Below are positions 41,195 through 55,805 of a stretch of 64,000 nucleotides of DNA, piece after piece (position 1 is the stretch's first letter; the number at the start of each line of letters is the position of its first letter). Under the pieces are notes generated by a model. The model was not told where the DNA came from and made no database searches. It saw only the letters and a program-made list of their open reading frames with translations. The stretch covers positions 67,890,001-67,954,000 of the forward strand of contig OX597828.1 of assembly GCA_951406725.2 (NCBI GenBank), written 5' to 3'. Source of the DNA: Octopus vulgaris. Taxonomy: Eukaryota. The position numbers and the translations under genes are program-made.

Positions 41195-41711
41195 TCTATA
41201 TATATAAAACTGTAGTTGTGTGAGTGTCTGTCTCCTACGATTTAGATTCCTAACTCCTCCAACATTTTGCGGTGCAGTTTAACCAAATTCGAGTTTCTTA
41301 TAGTCGTGATTAATATCGAGCCTGTCTGGCTATTAGCGCGCGTCTACGATGAGTCTACGATTTTAAAAATAATTTAACATCATTTTTTATTCCATTTTAA
41401 TGCATAATTTTTCGTGTGTCGATGGCGGCGGAGTTGGCGTCCACGCTCAAACACCTGCACCTGTGTTTGCTTCTCCCCCTTCTTCCCTCCCTCGTGAAGC
41501 TGTGGGGAAGGGAGTTTAAGGAAATCAACGTCGTAATGCGTTGTCAAGGAGACCAGCGTTCTTTTAGAACAACGACTTCATGGCTTGAAGACACCAAAAC
41601 AGAAATGGCTAAGAAAGCCCGAATTGGCATCTATAAAGGAAGTAACTCTCTAAAAATGCTTATATAGTTATTTCCCTTACAAACCCGAGCAACGCCGGGC
41701 GATACTGCTAG
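41195..41711 (+). mobile_element. Non-autonomous Helitron
   Basis: A|TCTATATATATAAA start; same 3' hairpin; CTAG|T end. Confidence 0.8.
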
Positions 41712-42049
41712 TAATGAAAACTAAAGAATGAAATGGTATTAAAAAGAATGAAATAGTATTAAAAAGACAAAGGTGGCGAGCTGGCAGAAAGGTTAGCACG
41801 CCGAGCGAAATGCTTAGCGGTATTTCGTCTGCCGTTACGTTCTGAGTTCAAATTCCGCCGAGGTCGACTTTGCCTTTCATCCTTTCGGGGTCGATTAAAT
41901 AAGTACCAGTTACGCACTGGGGTCAATATAATCGACTTAATCCGTTTGTCTGTCCTTGTTTGTCCTCTCTGTGTTTAGCCCCTTGTGTGTAGTAAAGAAA
42001 TAAGTATTAAAAAGAAAGTTTCTAAAACAAAGTGTATTAGATCTTTATT

Positions 42050-43720
42050 AATCCATTGAAATTTCTGCCTCTTCGATGTACACGGCACAGAACGCTCTTC
42101 TAGCACCTCAGACATTATAATTAAATGAAATGGGACGACAGCCGAGTGGCGAACTCTAACGAAGCCTGCCAAGTTCAAAATCCAACCAGTTTTTGTTGAT
42201 AGCAGAAACGTGCTCTTTGCAGTTTTTCGCTTTTCCAGTTTTATTTTTATCTTGATTTATATTTGTTTTACTTTAATGTGTGGAAAATTCTTCTCTAAAT
42301 GTTCTACAGAATCTGCAATAAGAACTCGGTTGTCCGCATACTGACGTCCCCACAGACAGCAGGTATTAAACTCCTCTGTTGTGGTCTGGAAGGGATCTGA
42401 GAACTGATCCCTAATGGACACCTACCTGCACACCAAATTCATTGCTGAACTCATTGTTGATTTTCTCCTTGTTAACTGTACTTCTGTACATAGCTTGTAC
42501 ATCTTTCATAAGCCTAGTGTTTTTAGTAACCACAAGATTACAAAATGTGTGACTGCTTAAAAGTCTTCTCCAGGTCGGCGAATGCAAGATATATGGTCCT
42601 TATTCCTAACTAAGTACATCGAAGGTTGTCTTAAGAGGAAAAGGATATCGATTTTATTTCTTGTTGGCACAGAATTGAACTGCGTCTCATTTACGCTAAG
42701 CTTTTTCATAATTAACTACGATAAATGTTTCAGTAACTTTCGTTAACCTGGTCCATCAATTTAATATTGAACTGCTGTAAGTCCCTCGGAGCAGTTGACG
42801 ATAATACTGTTACACCAGTCATTGGATATGACACCTTCCTGTACTTCTCGATCGATTATCTGACCAGCCCATACCCTACTTCAGCATATATTTTAGGTAT
42901 CCTAGGGATTATTTCGAACGGACCAAGCTGTTTTCCCCTGTCTTCGTATACTTTATCTACCGTATTGCTGGCAACGTTAATGCCAGGTCCCTCTCTTGGA
43001 GTTAAGGTAGAACTTGTGCACGTACGTATGGGAGTCAAAAAGGCGAAAAAATCGAGCTCATATTTGAATGCCTCTTATTTTACCGACTCAAAGCATAATG
43101 GCCAGTATTTTACCTCGTCAGTAATTTGAACTGAGGACATAAAGATCTTGAACAAAATGTTGAATGCTTTCGCTGCGTTGATTTAACCACTCAGCCAATT
43201 CTTCGCTACGAAAAGAGTATTTAGAAAGAAAGAAACTAACAAAGGAAGCTATTATTAAGCACGAACATAGAACTTCGCTCGAACTTTACTCTCTCCTTAT
43301 GCGTTCTTCATATCCAGTAATTTCTCATTATAACACTTTCATGTCTCATTTTAGCGTGAACAAATATACTCTTGCCATTCCGTTCACACTTCTCCCATCT
43401 CTCATTCACCCCCACAATCTAGAGCACGTCGTGTCTCTTATTCTCGTGTCGCAAAAAGTGTACAAGCTTCTCGTCTGCTTCTCTCCTTGCTAAGAATTTT
43501 TGCCTCTTAGCTTTCATGCCTCTGTATACAGTACTATTAAAGTACCATGTCATCTTCCGACTTCCTGATATCGTACAGATCTAGTCAATAATCCTCAACA
43601 GGTTGACTCAGGAACTTCCATGTTATAAGTCTCTATTTCCTCCGTCTCCCCGCTGTTGTCACCAAAGACTTCTTTGAAGTCTGATCGAAGCTTCTTTCAA
43701 CTTCCCTCTCTTCTCGATTG
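42050..43720 (-). mobile_element. Old RTE-clade LINE remnant
   Basis: EGPGINV..EVGYGLV, HLAFADLEKTF, VGVH*GSVL, QYADNRVLIADS. Confidence 0.7.
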
Positions 43721-43748
43721 TCTTTCATGTGAGATGTGTGTATATATG

Positions 43749-43990
43749 TACGAATAAGGTCGAAAAGTCCATAGGCTGGCTATGAAGGAGTGATGCCAGA
43801 GCTGTGAAATTTTGCATGCTTTAACTTTAACCCTTCTTATTAATAACTGAATTGTTTCTTTCCAGAAAAACTGACCTCTGACTGTTCAAAGAAGACTTCA
43901 AAAGTAACAAGTAGCCTCTACTCTTGAAAATCAATAAAATTTGACATCGTGGTGTTATCAAGAACTTGCAAAAAAATGGTTTCGCTTATG
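43749..43990 (+). mobile_element. Mariner 5' fragment
   Basis: TA-CGA start; degenerate KI*HRGVIKNLQKNG transposase N-terminus. Confidence 0.5.
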
Positions 43991-44266
43991 ATAGAATAGA
44001 ATTTGAAATGATAAACAAAGGTTCGTTTCAGCATTATCAGTTCGGAACAATATACGAAGATGATAGAGAGGATAAAATTCACATTAAGAATGGTGTAATT
44101 AACTATATTGTATTGTTTGCGATATTTTTTAATTCATTTTTTTGGACTACACTGCGTTTTTGATCAAATTCAGGATAATGGCGACCCAACATCTACCTTA
44201 ATTCATACCTTTCCGTCTCGCCTTAGATCATTTATCATTCGTTTGGCAATGAGACTATGTTAGCAT

Positions 44267-44297
<31 letters not shown>

Positions 44298-44575
44298 TCT
44301 CGTTTACACTTTTTCTTGTTTTAGTCATTTTGACTGTGACCATGCTGGAGCACCGCCTTTACTCGAGCAAATCGATCCCAGGACTTATTCTTTGTAAGCC
44401 TAGTACTTATTCTATCAGTCTCGTTTGCCGAACCGCTAAGTTACGGAGACGTAAACACATCAGCATCGGTTCTCAAGCGATGTTGTGGGGACGAACACAG
44501 ACATACAAACATAAACACATACATACATACATACATACATACATACATACATACATACATACATACATACATACA

Positions 44576-44606
<31 letters not shown>

Positions 44607-45635
44607 GTATACATATATATTTAGAACGTTGTTCGTTATGGCCTTTCAGAGAGTGGCCATTACTTCGCACCTATAAAACTCTTAGCTGTACAGGTGACTC
44701 GTCAGATTCAAATGGCCACACACACACACACACACACATTATAATTGTGTGTGTGTTAGGACAATAAAAGGAATCTCTAAGGTTACTTGATTAACGCATA
44801 ATGATTTCTTTGCAGAGGAAATCTGAAAGAGAACGAATTTATTGTGTTATAATGTCTAATGCAAATTTCTAACATTTTTCTAATCTTGTTAAAGTGAAAT
44901 GGAATTATAAAATAAGATAATTCGCTCCAAAGTCTTTTTATAAATGTCACAAATGTGACCTACCTTTAAGAATGACGCCAACCAAATTCTATTTTCATTT
45001 TATTGTCGTGGAATAACCGAACATTATTTTACCTTCATTTTTTTCTTTTTTTACCGATCTCTGCTAAATAAATTCATTTCATAATCTAGTCTTCCAGGAT
45101 TACAAAACGAAAGGTTGTAGCATTACTTCGAAGTATGCCCCAGATAAATTCTTTTATGACATTATTTCGATAAGACTACATAAAATGGCCGACAAGAAAG
45201 TGGAAGTGATAATCGATAAGAACTGAACTGAATTTTAAAAATATTCTAGTTGGTAATAATCAGCCTCAAAGTCAAAGAGAAAGTTTTTCCTCCCCGTTTT
45301 TATATTGAAGAAAAGAAATGGCTGAACGTAGGAGAGTCGAGATGCCTTTTAACAATGGTGAATGAGATAATTAATAAGGTGGATCTAATTGAAAGGAATC
45401 ACTTCCAACGAGATATTCACATGATAACGTAACATTCTGCAATAGTGTTTGGTTATACATCGATTGGGATTAATCGATAATTCAATGTTGTGATCAATCC
45501 ATGTGTTTTGTCAATCGTCCCACAGATGGAAAAATACAAAATTCAGAATTCCAGAGAAGAAAAAAAAGTAAATTTCTTTTTATTGCCGATTCTCATTTCA
45601 TTCACTTTAATTCTTTGTCTCCTTCACCATATTTA

Positions 45636-45707
<72 letters not shown>

Positions 45708-46668
45708 GATACCGATTTTATTGACTAAAAAATAGTTATATTTTAGCTTTTTTTAAATTTTAATGAAAGTAATTGTATTTTACCAAATAATTATTCGGAT
45801 TTTCCGAAGAATCAGATACCTAAAAACCCATGAAAACCATTCTTTTATATATATACACCCAAAATAATTTTATTGGCAAAAATCATTTTCTTTCAGGAAA
45901 CCATAGAAATAGCTTTTAGATTTTGAGAGATTTTTGTTGCTGTTGTTGTTGTTGTTGTTTTTTTGCGTGGGGTGGTCTCTTTATCAACCAAAAAATGATA
46001 TATTTCGGTTATGATTATTCTGTTCTTGTTCCACTTACCATGATACAATCTGACCAGAATTTCTTTTAAAACTTAGATAATACAGACTCAGAAATCTAAA
46101 TAATATGCACTCATCACGTAGAAGTGGTTTTATGAATAACTAGAAAAGTACTCGGAGAGTGCAGACTTCTGCCAAACCAGCAGGAGCAGCACTACGACGA
46201 CTACCACCACCACCACCACTACAATACCACTATCACACAACTAACACTATCATCAACACGACTATTACCACCATCACCTCAACATCACACATCACACCGC
46301 TCCTGTCGCCATTACAACCACCGATACTATTTTTTCCTCCTCCCATACTTATCTCGACCATCGTCATCATCAACGCTGTCTCTGCTTTCACCACAATCAC
46401 CGTCAAAACTACGATCACCACAATCAATTTCTTTACACAGTTGAAAATCCATTATCCGATACTCATGGGACCGGGATTGTTGCAGATTTTTGATTTTTCT
46501 AATTTCAGAGTGCTTTATTAAGAAAAAAAAATGCATCTACAAAACGGAACAGTTTGAGGATAGAAACTAGGTCTAAACACAATAGCTTATAGACATACTC
46601 TGAATGTAGTTCTATATAAATCTTTAATAATTTTTTTAATACTTAAGACCATCAGAAATGTTAAGATA

Positions 46669-47958
46669 CGAGGGACGTTCAATAAGTAATGCTTCTGACC
46701 CACTTGCAGTTGTTTGATCTAGCTGAAATTTTGCATGTGCAATCATTTATATCTCTATAGAGTAAGTGGCAAATTACAGCTCTGAATTAATTGTGGTTTC
46801 TGATTTACAGGTGTTTGAACCGAGTCAAGTGTGAAATGGAGCCTGTTGAGTGTCGAGCAGTGATCCGGTTTTTGTATTTGAAAGGACGCACACCACGGGA
46901 GACTTTTGATGAAATGAAAGTAACTTATGGTGATGATGCCCCATCATATGACCTTGTAAAACGCTGGCATCGTGAATTCAAACATGGTCGGAACTCTGTG
47001 GAAACAGCTCCCAGATCTGGTCGCCCCTTCTGACTTTGATGAGGCATCTGTCCGTCAAGTTGAGGCTGCCATTTTGGAAGATCGACGCATAATTATTCGC
47101 CAAATAGCCCATGAGGTCAAGATTAGTACCGGGTCTGTGGAAACTATCATTCATGACCATTTGCATATGCAAAAGGTGTCTGCCAGATGGATTCCCAGGT
47201 TGCTCACGCCTTTCCAGAAGCAAGAACGCGTCGAGTGCTCGAGGGTGAATTTGGAGACGTGCCAAGAAGATGAGTCAAAATTTTTCAAAAGACTGATTAC
47301 ACAGGATGAAACCTTGGTCTATCACGATGATCCAGAGACCAAAGCCCAGTCAATGCAGTGGAAGCACCGTGACTCACCCCCTCCAAAGAAGGCAAGGGTG
47401 CAGCCCTCCGCTGGCAAGGTCATGCTCACAGTCTTCTGGGACCAGGACGGAGTAGTGATGACAGATTTCTTGGCAAAGGGTACCACAATTGCAGGAGCCT
47501 ATTATGCTTCACTTTTGAGGAAATTAAGAGAAGTTATCAAAATCAAGAGGCGGGGCAAGATCAGCAAAGGCATCCTCCTCCTGCAGGACAACGCTCCGGT
47601 CCACAACTCGCTTGTCGCCAGATCAGAAGCACAGGCGTATGGCTATGAACTCCTCCCCCATCCCCCTACTTTCCTGACCTTGCACCCTCTGATTTTCACC
47701 TCTTCCCAGTCATGAAGTTGTTTTTGAAAGGAAAGCGTTTCCCAGATGATGCAGCCTTGATTTCTGAAGTCACGTTCAGGTTGGAGGACCAAGCTGGGGT
47801 CTTCTACAAAAACGGTCTCCAGAGCTGCATCAAACAATGGGAGAAATGCGTAACTCTGGGTGGTTCCTATGTAGAAAAAGACTAATAACTGTGCCAAGTT
47901 TCGTTGCTCTACTGCTATGGGAAGTGGGTCAGGAGCTTTACTTATTGAACGCCCCTCG
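46669..47958 (+). mobile_element. Full-length mariner (Tc1/mariner, DDD) transposon, 1290 bp
   Basis: TIRs CGAGGGACGTTCAATAAGTAA / TTACTTATTGAACGCCCCTCG; TA TSD. Confidence 0.95.
46836..47885 (+). pseudogene. Mariner transposase, frameshifted
   Basis: MEPVECRAVIRFL.., WIPRLL, TQDET, LQDNAPVH, PDLAPSDF; frameshifts at about 47030 and 47667. Confidence 0.92.
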
Positions 47959-48024
47959 TATCAGCCTCTATCTACGTTGTCATGCTCTGATTAAAAGGTT
48001 ACAGCATAGATTAGATTACTTAGA

Positions 48025-48490
48025 TAAGTTTCGGCCGAAGTTGACTCAGGCCATGTCTAATTTAATAGCACCACCTGGAAGAGATACACAGTCAGTTCTG
48101 GGGAACCGTAGCCCTTTCGAGCAGAGGGTTATTGTTTTCAGAGACATATCTGGATGTGGGTGGTTTATCTGGTATTTGTTGGGGGTAATCATCTAGGGAT
48201 CGTTTGAATACTGTGAAGTCCCTTTCCTCCTTTATGTGTGTCTGGCATGATGCTGAAGAGAGCAAGGCCAATTGAGTTGAAATAGTTCTGTCATAGTGTT
48301 GTGATACGACAGAACATTTCTGTAGTGGACGGATAGCACGGGGGCCAAGCCTCGGACGAATTTTAAAGATGGGCAATGTTGATGGAATATTTTCCACATC
48401 AAACAGATGATATAGAGCTCACAGTTGCGGTGGAGGGAGCAAAGCCTGAAATTTTTGAGTCGATTCCAATAGTCAAGGCTTGTCATGTCA
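48025..48490 (-). mobile_element. CR1-like LINE 3' remnant
   Basis: LDYWNRLKNFRLCSL..IICLMWKI, IPDKP, then a 3' UTR. Confidence 0.7.
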
Positions 48491-48494
48491 TCCT

Positions 48495-48870
48495 CCGTAG
48501 ACCTCCGCCAAGCAGCTCATTTTAAGATAGATACGCGAGTAAAATTACTAATAGAGAAATGAAAATAAACTTTGGAAACAGCAACGCCACCATAGGTTAC
48601 GTGGAAACAATGAACGTGTTTTCAAGGGAGATAATCAAAGATCGTAACATTGTAATACTTCATAAAGTAAATATAACAAATGAAAATCCTTCAAAAATCC
48701 ATAAAAATTCCCGGATCACTACCAAAATTTCATCATCTGTTCCTTGTGCCATTACCAACTTTTCCTGCTAGTTTCATCAAATACCGTTCACAACTTTTTT
48801 TATTTATTTTTCACACAGACGGACAAACCAATGCCAATGAAAACATAACCTTCTTCCTTGGCAGAGGTAA
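48495..48870. mobile_element. Helentron-associated (HINE-like) non-autonomous element
   Basis: Subterminal inverted repeats ACCTCCGCCAAG / CTTGGCAGAGGT; related end at about 46140-46175. Confidence 0.45.
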
Positions 48871-48875
48871 AAATG

Positions 48876-48970
<95 letters not shown>

Positions 48971-50259
48971 GTGTGTTAGTCATAGTTTACCTTAGACCTA
49001 GACTGAGTACTGCTTTTAATGACGGTAGGGTGTGATTCCGATGGGCATTTCTGGCAAGTCTAATGACCATACAGAGGCATCCTCATTAGTTTATGTTCCT
49101 ATCATTATAGTTGGGCCTAAATTCGATTGGATTATAGCCAAAGTTATTCCAGTTGTAACCACCCTGTCTTATTGTTTACTTATGACCTTCCCTTTCTAAG
49201 ACATTGAAGTATGATTTGAGAGAAACTATAGCCAGTCGAAGGGCTAAGTACAAGCCCTTTATTGGTTTCATCCTGCTGTTGCCACATCACAATCAGTACA
49301 GAAGAATTTCAAGTTCGGGGAAGGTGGCAAATGGACTGCATTGACCCTTGTGCTCAAATAGTTCTTATTTTATCGAGTCTGAAAGGACGAAAGGTAAGAT
49401 CCACCTTGGCGGAATTTGAACTCAGGACGTAAGGACAGACGAAATGCCACTAAACAGTTTACCAGGTATGCTAACGATTCTGCCAGCTCACTGGGTTTTT
49501 TTTAAAGGAAGGCCATAATATTGCTTTCAAAATTTGGTACAAGTCCACCTAGTTCAGGGGAGAGAGTAAGTTGATTACATTGACCCCAATGCTCAACTGG
49601 TTCTTATTTTCTCGAGTCTGAAAGGATGAAAGGTGAGGTCCATCTTGGCAGAATTTGAACTCAGTACGTAAAGACGCACGAAATAGCACTTAGCATTTTG
49701 CCCAGCGTGCTAATGATTCTACCAGCTTGCCGCCCAGAAGAAAGCAATAATATTGCAGAAGACTAATTGTCTCATTTATTTGTTGCTAATTAGTCTCTTT
49801 TCTATTAACCTTTGATACACCTGAGTAGTTTAAACTTTGTTTCCATTGATGAGAAATGTAATAACAAGATTTGGTGGAAATGTCTGTTCGATTCAGAGAT
49901 TCTTGCACTTACGAGTAGTGAAGCAGCTGGTGTCTTAATAGTTGCTACGATACGGAAGATATTCCAACTGCCTAGATTACCAAAAGAATTTTGCAAATTT
50001 GACAGCAAATTGCAAGCAGAGTCTTTTAGTTTTCTCTCTCTTTTCTGCAGAAGTGACTAAGAGTTTTCACATAGAACTCAATGTTTGGAATATTGCAGCC
50101 TTTTAATACCATGTTAGAGGAAGACAATACTGACCAGAAAAGTTTGCAGTTTTTTGATAATCAGACCGAGACCTCTGGAGATTTGCTGTGACTGCGAAGA
50201 CCCAACAAATAATGTGAGTTCATGGCTGTGCACCAGCTTTACATAGAAACCCCAGCCCT

Positions 50260-50853
50260 TCCAAAGTGCCTTGGATCACATGACGGCCTGCTGTACTTAC
50301 CCTGGATCGTAGGATGACCTGCTGTGCTTGAGGAGACCTGTTGAGTCAAGTACATCAACATCAAAAGATCAAATGGAAATTGTAGTTGTGATACCCGTGT
50401 CAGTGACACATAAAATGCACCATCCGTACGTGGCCGATGCCAGCGTCGCCTTGACTGGCTTCTGTGCCAGTGGCACGTAAAAAGCAGCAACCGATTGTGA
50501 CCATTACCAACCTACCCTGGCATTTGTGTCGGTGGCACGTAAAAAGCACCATCCGTACGTGGTCGATGCCAGCACCACCTTGACTGGCTTCTGTGCCGGT
50601 GGCATGTAAAAAGCACCAACTGATCGTGGCCGTTGCCAGCCTCCCCTGGCACCTGTGCCAGTGGCACGTAAAAAGCACCCACTACACTCATGGAGTGGTT
50701 GGCGTTAGGAAGGGCATCCAGCTGTAGAAACACTGCCAGATCAGACTGGAGCCTGGTGCATCCCCCTGGCTTTCCAGACCCCGGTCGAACCGTCCAACCC
50801 ATGCTAGCATGGAAAACGGACGTTAAACGATGATGATGATGATGATGATGATG
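50260..50853 (+). mobile_element. SINE-like element with V-domain-like motif and (GAT)n tail
   Basis: GGCGTTAGGAAGGGCATCCAGCTGTAGAAAC; internal GTGGCACGTAAAAAGCACC repeats; other copies at about 52670-53030 (-), 58100-58385 (-) and 59805-60080 (+). Confidence 0.7.
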
Positions 50854-51823
50854 ACGTTGTTTTTGACCAGTGCAAGCCACTGTGGTCCATTACACTGTGT
50901 AACACGATTGTTGTCTTTGAATAGCAACAGTTATTTCCTATTTGCTTACCCCTAGAAGGTATGAAAAATGGCTATACCCTTCAAACTTTGCTTTTAGGAT
51001 ATTTATTCAGCCCATCACCCCCAAACAATCCCTCAACACATGGCTATGATGCTCCCCCACTACTCCTGCTTATGATCAGAGATGCATCTATTGTCAGCCA
51101 CCAAGGAACAAGCTCAAGTGGTTAAGGTCAAGTAACTGTCAGTCAAATCTGTGGTATTGAGCAGAATATTTGCTATGATGATGTTTCTTCTTCCGCAACT
51201 TAGCACTGAATCTGTCTGAAATGTAATAGAATATAGGTCAGCTTCAAAGCATTGATGTCCAGGTCACAAAAGCAAAGTGTGAAGGAAATAGTAGTCATTT
51301 CCTTTGATTTCTAGATAAAAGCAAATAGAAAATAGCACTTACTCACCAAAGACAAAAAAGAAATTTTAATATTGTTACAGTGTTATGTTTGTATTTCTTT
51401 TGACTTAGTATCAGTGATTTCTTCTGTTTGTTCCTGTTTGGCAGTAATTGAACCAATGACAACCACTGGAGTGGTACTGGACTACAAAAATAATTACAAA
51501 TGTTATAGGGAAACTTGTAAAACTGAAAACTACTCTCTACTATAACTGGTTCAAGCTTTCTCTTGTCTGCACTTCACAATTCTTAATCTCTCTTTACTCT
51601 TTTTTTAACTCTTTTTACTTGTTTCAGTCAGTTGACTGCGGCCATGCTGGAGCACCGCCTTATTAGTCAAGCAAATCGACCCCAGGACTTATTCTTTGTA
51701 AGCCTAGTACTTATTCTATCGGTCTCTTTTGCCGAGCCGCTAAGTTACAGGGGATGTAAACACACCAGCATCGGTTGTCAAGCGATGTTGGGGGGACAAA
51801 CACAGACACACAAACATATACAT

Positions 51824-51871
<48 letters not shown>

Positions 51872-53597
51872 GTATATACGACGGGCTTCTTTTTTTAGTT
51901 TCCGTCTACCAAATCCACTCTCAAGGCTTTGGTCGACCCGAGGCTATAGTAGAAGACACTTGCCCAAGGTGCCAATCTACGTTTCCAACTGCCATTTTTG
52001 TACACAGAAGAGAGATGAAATGATAGGTTTCCACAAATGTACTCTGTTGATGTTTTCACCAATGTACTCTGATGGTATTTTCACAAATGTACTCTGTTGA
52101 TGTTTCCACAAGTGTATACTCTTTTATCCTTTACTTGCTTCAGCCTTGGACTGTGGCCATGCCGGGGCACTGCTTTGAAGGGTTTTAGCCAAACAAATCA
52201 ATCCCAGTACCTATTTTTAAAGCATGGTACTTATTTTATTGGTCTGTTTTTCTGAATTGTACAGGGACATAAATATACCAACACTGGTTGTCAAGCAGGA
52301 GTGGGGGACAAACACATACACAAAGACACCCACATAGATATGTACATGTATATATAAAAATATAAAATAAATGCGTCCTTTTAAAGCCTAGCCAGGCTCA
52401 TGGGCCCTGTTTCCCAATTTCAATGGCGTATGTGTTCCCCAGCTGGACAGGACGCCAGTCCATCGCAGTATTACTCATTTTTTGCCAGCTGAGTGGCAAA
52501 GGTTCTGTTTATTTTATAAGTTCTGTTTTGTAGAGGGTCCAGAGATGATCTCACCTGCATTGTCTGTGTGATTGCATTAGACTTTCAAAAGTTGGTCTTG
52601 TCCCCCATAAAAACTCATATGTCAGGAGCTCGACATAAGATGTCTATATGAATAAAGTGCCATCAACTCATCATCATCGTTTAACGTCCACCTTCCATGC
52701 TAGCATGGGTTGGACGATTTTGACTGAGGACTGGCAAACCAGACGGCCACACTAGGCTCCAATCTTAATCTGGCAGAGTTTCTACAGCTGGATGCCCTTC
52801 CTAACGCCAACCACGCCAAGATTATAGTGGGTGCTTTTTATGTGCCACCAGCACGGAGCCAGTCAGGTGGTACTGGCAACGACCTTGCTCGAATCTTTTT
52901 ACACATGCCACCGGCACAGGTGCTAGTAAGGTGACATTGGCAACGATCACGCTTGAATTGTGCCCCTTTACGTGCCACTGGCACGGAGCCAGTTGGCCAC
53001 TCTGGTAATGATCATGCTTGGATGCTGCTCATTCAACATAAATAATTAAATAATTGCTTCAGAAGCCTGAAGTCAAGTTTGTTGATATATCCAACCCATT
53101 GTGTATGTGTGTGTATGTAAAATAGAAATCTGAACCCCTTTTTCCTGCCATGTTCCACTCTCAGATTAAATGAAATCGTTCTTGTATAACCCCCAAGTTA
53201 ACCCCAATCAAGTAGATATAGAGCATATCACTCAAGATATATCTTATCTTAATTGAACTGCAAACCATAATGTAGATTCTAACATGCAGCCATTAACTGC
53301 ATGTGGTACAGTATTACAGCTTAACATGTTGGAATATACTGCCCAGTCTGTCCTTGTATCTTTTTAGTGGTAGTTGTTGTAACAGATTACACTATATGCG
53401 TACAATAATAAACTTTGTATTGTAATAAACTGCACAATATGTGCACAATAATCAACTGTATGATATATGTATAATAATTATCTGTACAATATCATTTCCA
53501 CTGCATGGCACCTTGGGCAAGAGTCTTCTACTATAGCCTCGGGCCAACCAAAGCCTTGTGAGTGGATTTGGTAGACAGAAACTGAAAGAATCCCGTC

Positions 53598-53655
<58 letters not shown>

Positions 53656-54824
53656 GTATGTGTGTGTATATGTTTGTATGTCTGTCCCACCATCGCTTGA
53701 CAACCGATGCTGGTGTGTTTATGTCCCCGTAACTTAGTGGTTCAGCAAGAGAGACCGATAGAATAAGTACTAGGCTTCCAAAGAATAAGTCATGGGGTCG
53801 ATTTGCTCAGCTAAAGGCGATGCCCCAGCATGGCCACAGTCAAATGACTGAAACAAGTAAAAGAGAAAAGAGAAATATCTTTTAGCTTTTATCTTTTACT
53901 TATTTCAGTCATTAGACTGTGGCCAGGTGAAGCACTGCCTTGAAGAATTTTTGGTTAAATAAATCTTATGGGAACATAAACACATCAACACCTCCTGAAG
54001 ACACTTAGCAAAGGTGCCATGCAGTGGAACTGAACCTGGGACTAAGTGGTTGGGAAGAAAGTTTCTTACCACAGGGCCACACCTGTACCTATGAACAGAA
54101 TAATTAATTATACAATATGTATACACTAGTCAACTGTACAATGTGAATACATTTATAAGCAGTATGATGTGTACCACAGTGTAGAATTGAACCTAACACA
54201 GTAAGGCGTCAATATTTTTAGAATGATTAATCTTGTCTTTTGAAATCTTGTCTAACCTCTCAGGTCAACCACAATTAAATAGGCTTGTGATCAAAAGCAT
54301 TCCATTTGTGACCATCCAGCAATTGTTTTTCAAGTAAGGGGTTTTATTTAGTTCAAAGATCTTCAAAAGTACTCAGTGACCAATCATGTCAACAAGGAAG
54401 ATTAGTATTAATCATTGGTGACAAGTAAGACCATGAGAGATCAACATTGAAACAAACACACATGCATGCATGCATGCACAATAAATGAGGATCAGAGACA
54501 TGAAGTGTCTAGGATTGCAAGACAATGTACCAGAGAGATAGAAAGAGCTGAGATATCATCAGAGAGAAGTGTATTAGAAATGATGAAGGTGCAATTGCTG
54601 ATGACAAGAAAGAGGCATTGAAGTGCTGCTATGAGAGATTGTTGGATGAGAACACATGAGATAAAGAGGAGATGACTTCATATTGACTTGGTAGAAGGAC
54701 CAACAATTCAAGTTGACAGTAATGTATTTGATAGTGATTAAAAGACAGGAAGAAAAGGGGAACTAGTGGCACCACAGGGATGATTGCTTGAAGTGCTCAA
54801 AATATCTGGTGAACCTAGATATAA

Positions 54825-55075
54825 ATATTCTGTTGTGTCTGGGGAGAGTCATTTTCTTTTTGTGCCTTATTATTTAACACACTCACCGGTAAAATTTCCA
54901 CTTTTTTTCTTATTTTTATTGTCCTAAAATTTTCGTTGCGTCTTGCAACCTCTTCAATAGTTTTACCGGTGGGTGTGTTAAATAATAAGGCACAAAACGA
55001 AAATGACTCTCCCCAGACACAATAGAATATGCTTCAACACACGAACTCACATAAAGAATCTTGCAAACCAAATCT
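54825..55075 (-). mobile_element. PLE terminal repeat with 5' inversion
   Basis: About 70-bp inverted repeat at 54825-54894 and 54961-55030 enclosing a hammerhead. Confidence 0.7.
54924..54960 (-). ncRNA. Minimal hammerhead motif (U3.G8)
   Basis: CUA-UUGAAGA-G-GUUGC(AAGAC)GCAAC-GAAA-AU-UU-UAG. Confidence 0.68.
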
Positions 55076-55374
55076 ACCCAATGGTTAGCATAGCAGTAAC
55101 CTTTGCTACAAGAGCAAAGGAGATGACTTAGAGAGAGAAAATTAGGGATGAAATATTTTGATGGAGTAGACTATGAAGGTCAGAGAGGGTTATGGCACAA
55201 TTTATTAGTCATAGGGCTATCTCAATTGAAATGCTGTTCAAATGCAATCTTATAAGTGAGACGTATGCAGGAGAAATAGTTAAGAGGAAGCCACAATAGC
55301 TGCCATTTAGTGACCTAGAGAAAGCTTTTGCCTGGGTACCATACTCTGTAAAGAAGAAAAAAAAAACTACATTT

Positions 55375-55805
55375 AGAGTGTCCTTGTCCTTGTTGTAACG
55401 ATTAAGTAAACATTGGCCGACCTCAAGATGTTTGCTTTTGTGCTCTGCAGTAACCTCTCTTGGTACTCATCTTGCACAGATGAGTACCAAGACTTTATGG
55501 AAGACGAGCTCATTATGGATGATTTCATAGGTATAACCATCTGCAGAGAACAAGCCACTGGTTCACCAATAGCATCTCTCGAGTTTGCTGAATCTTCTTG
55601 TCAGTGGTGGAGGTTGACGGATGTCCTGCTCCCTCTTCATGTGTCACGCTTGACCAGCCACTTTTAAACTCCTCAATCTACTCATACACACTCCTGTGCT
55701 GTAGTGCACTGTCCCAGTATTGTGCTAAAAGCCTCCAATGAATTTCAGCACCTGATACACCTTCAGGCCAGAGAAATCGGAAATCTGCTCTTTGTTCTAT
55801 GTTGG
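55375..55805 (-). mobile_element. Mariner transposase remnant
   Basis: FRFLWPEGVSGAEIH..FKSGWSSVTHEEGAGHPSTS..; ICAR*VPREVT. Confidence 0.7.

Larger units (their letters stand above)
54480..55350 (+). mobile_element. Old RTE-clade LINE remnant interrupted by a PLE end
   Basis: VEGPTIQVDS..VLKISGE, CYKSKGDDLER, DLEKAFAWVP. Confidence 0.6.

Noticed and set aside
49805-50160. Short overlapping ORFs in unique sequence
   Set aside because: No recognisable motif or splice structure
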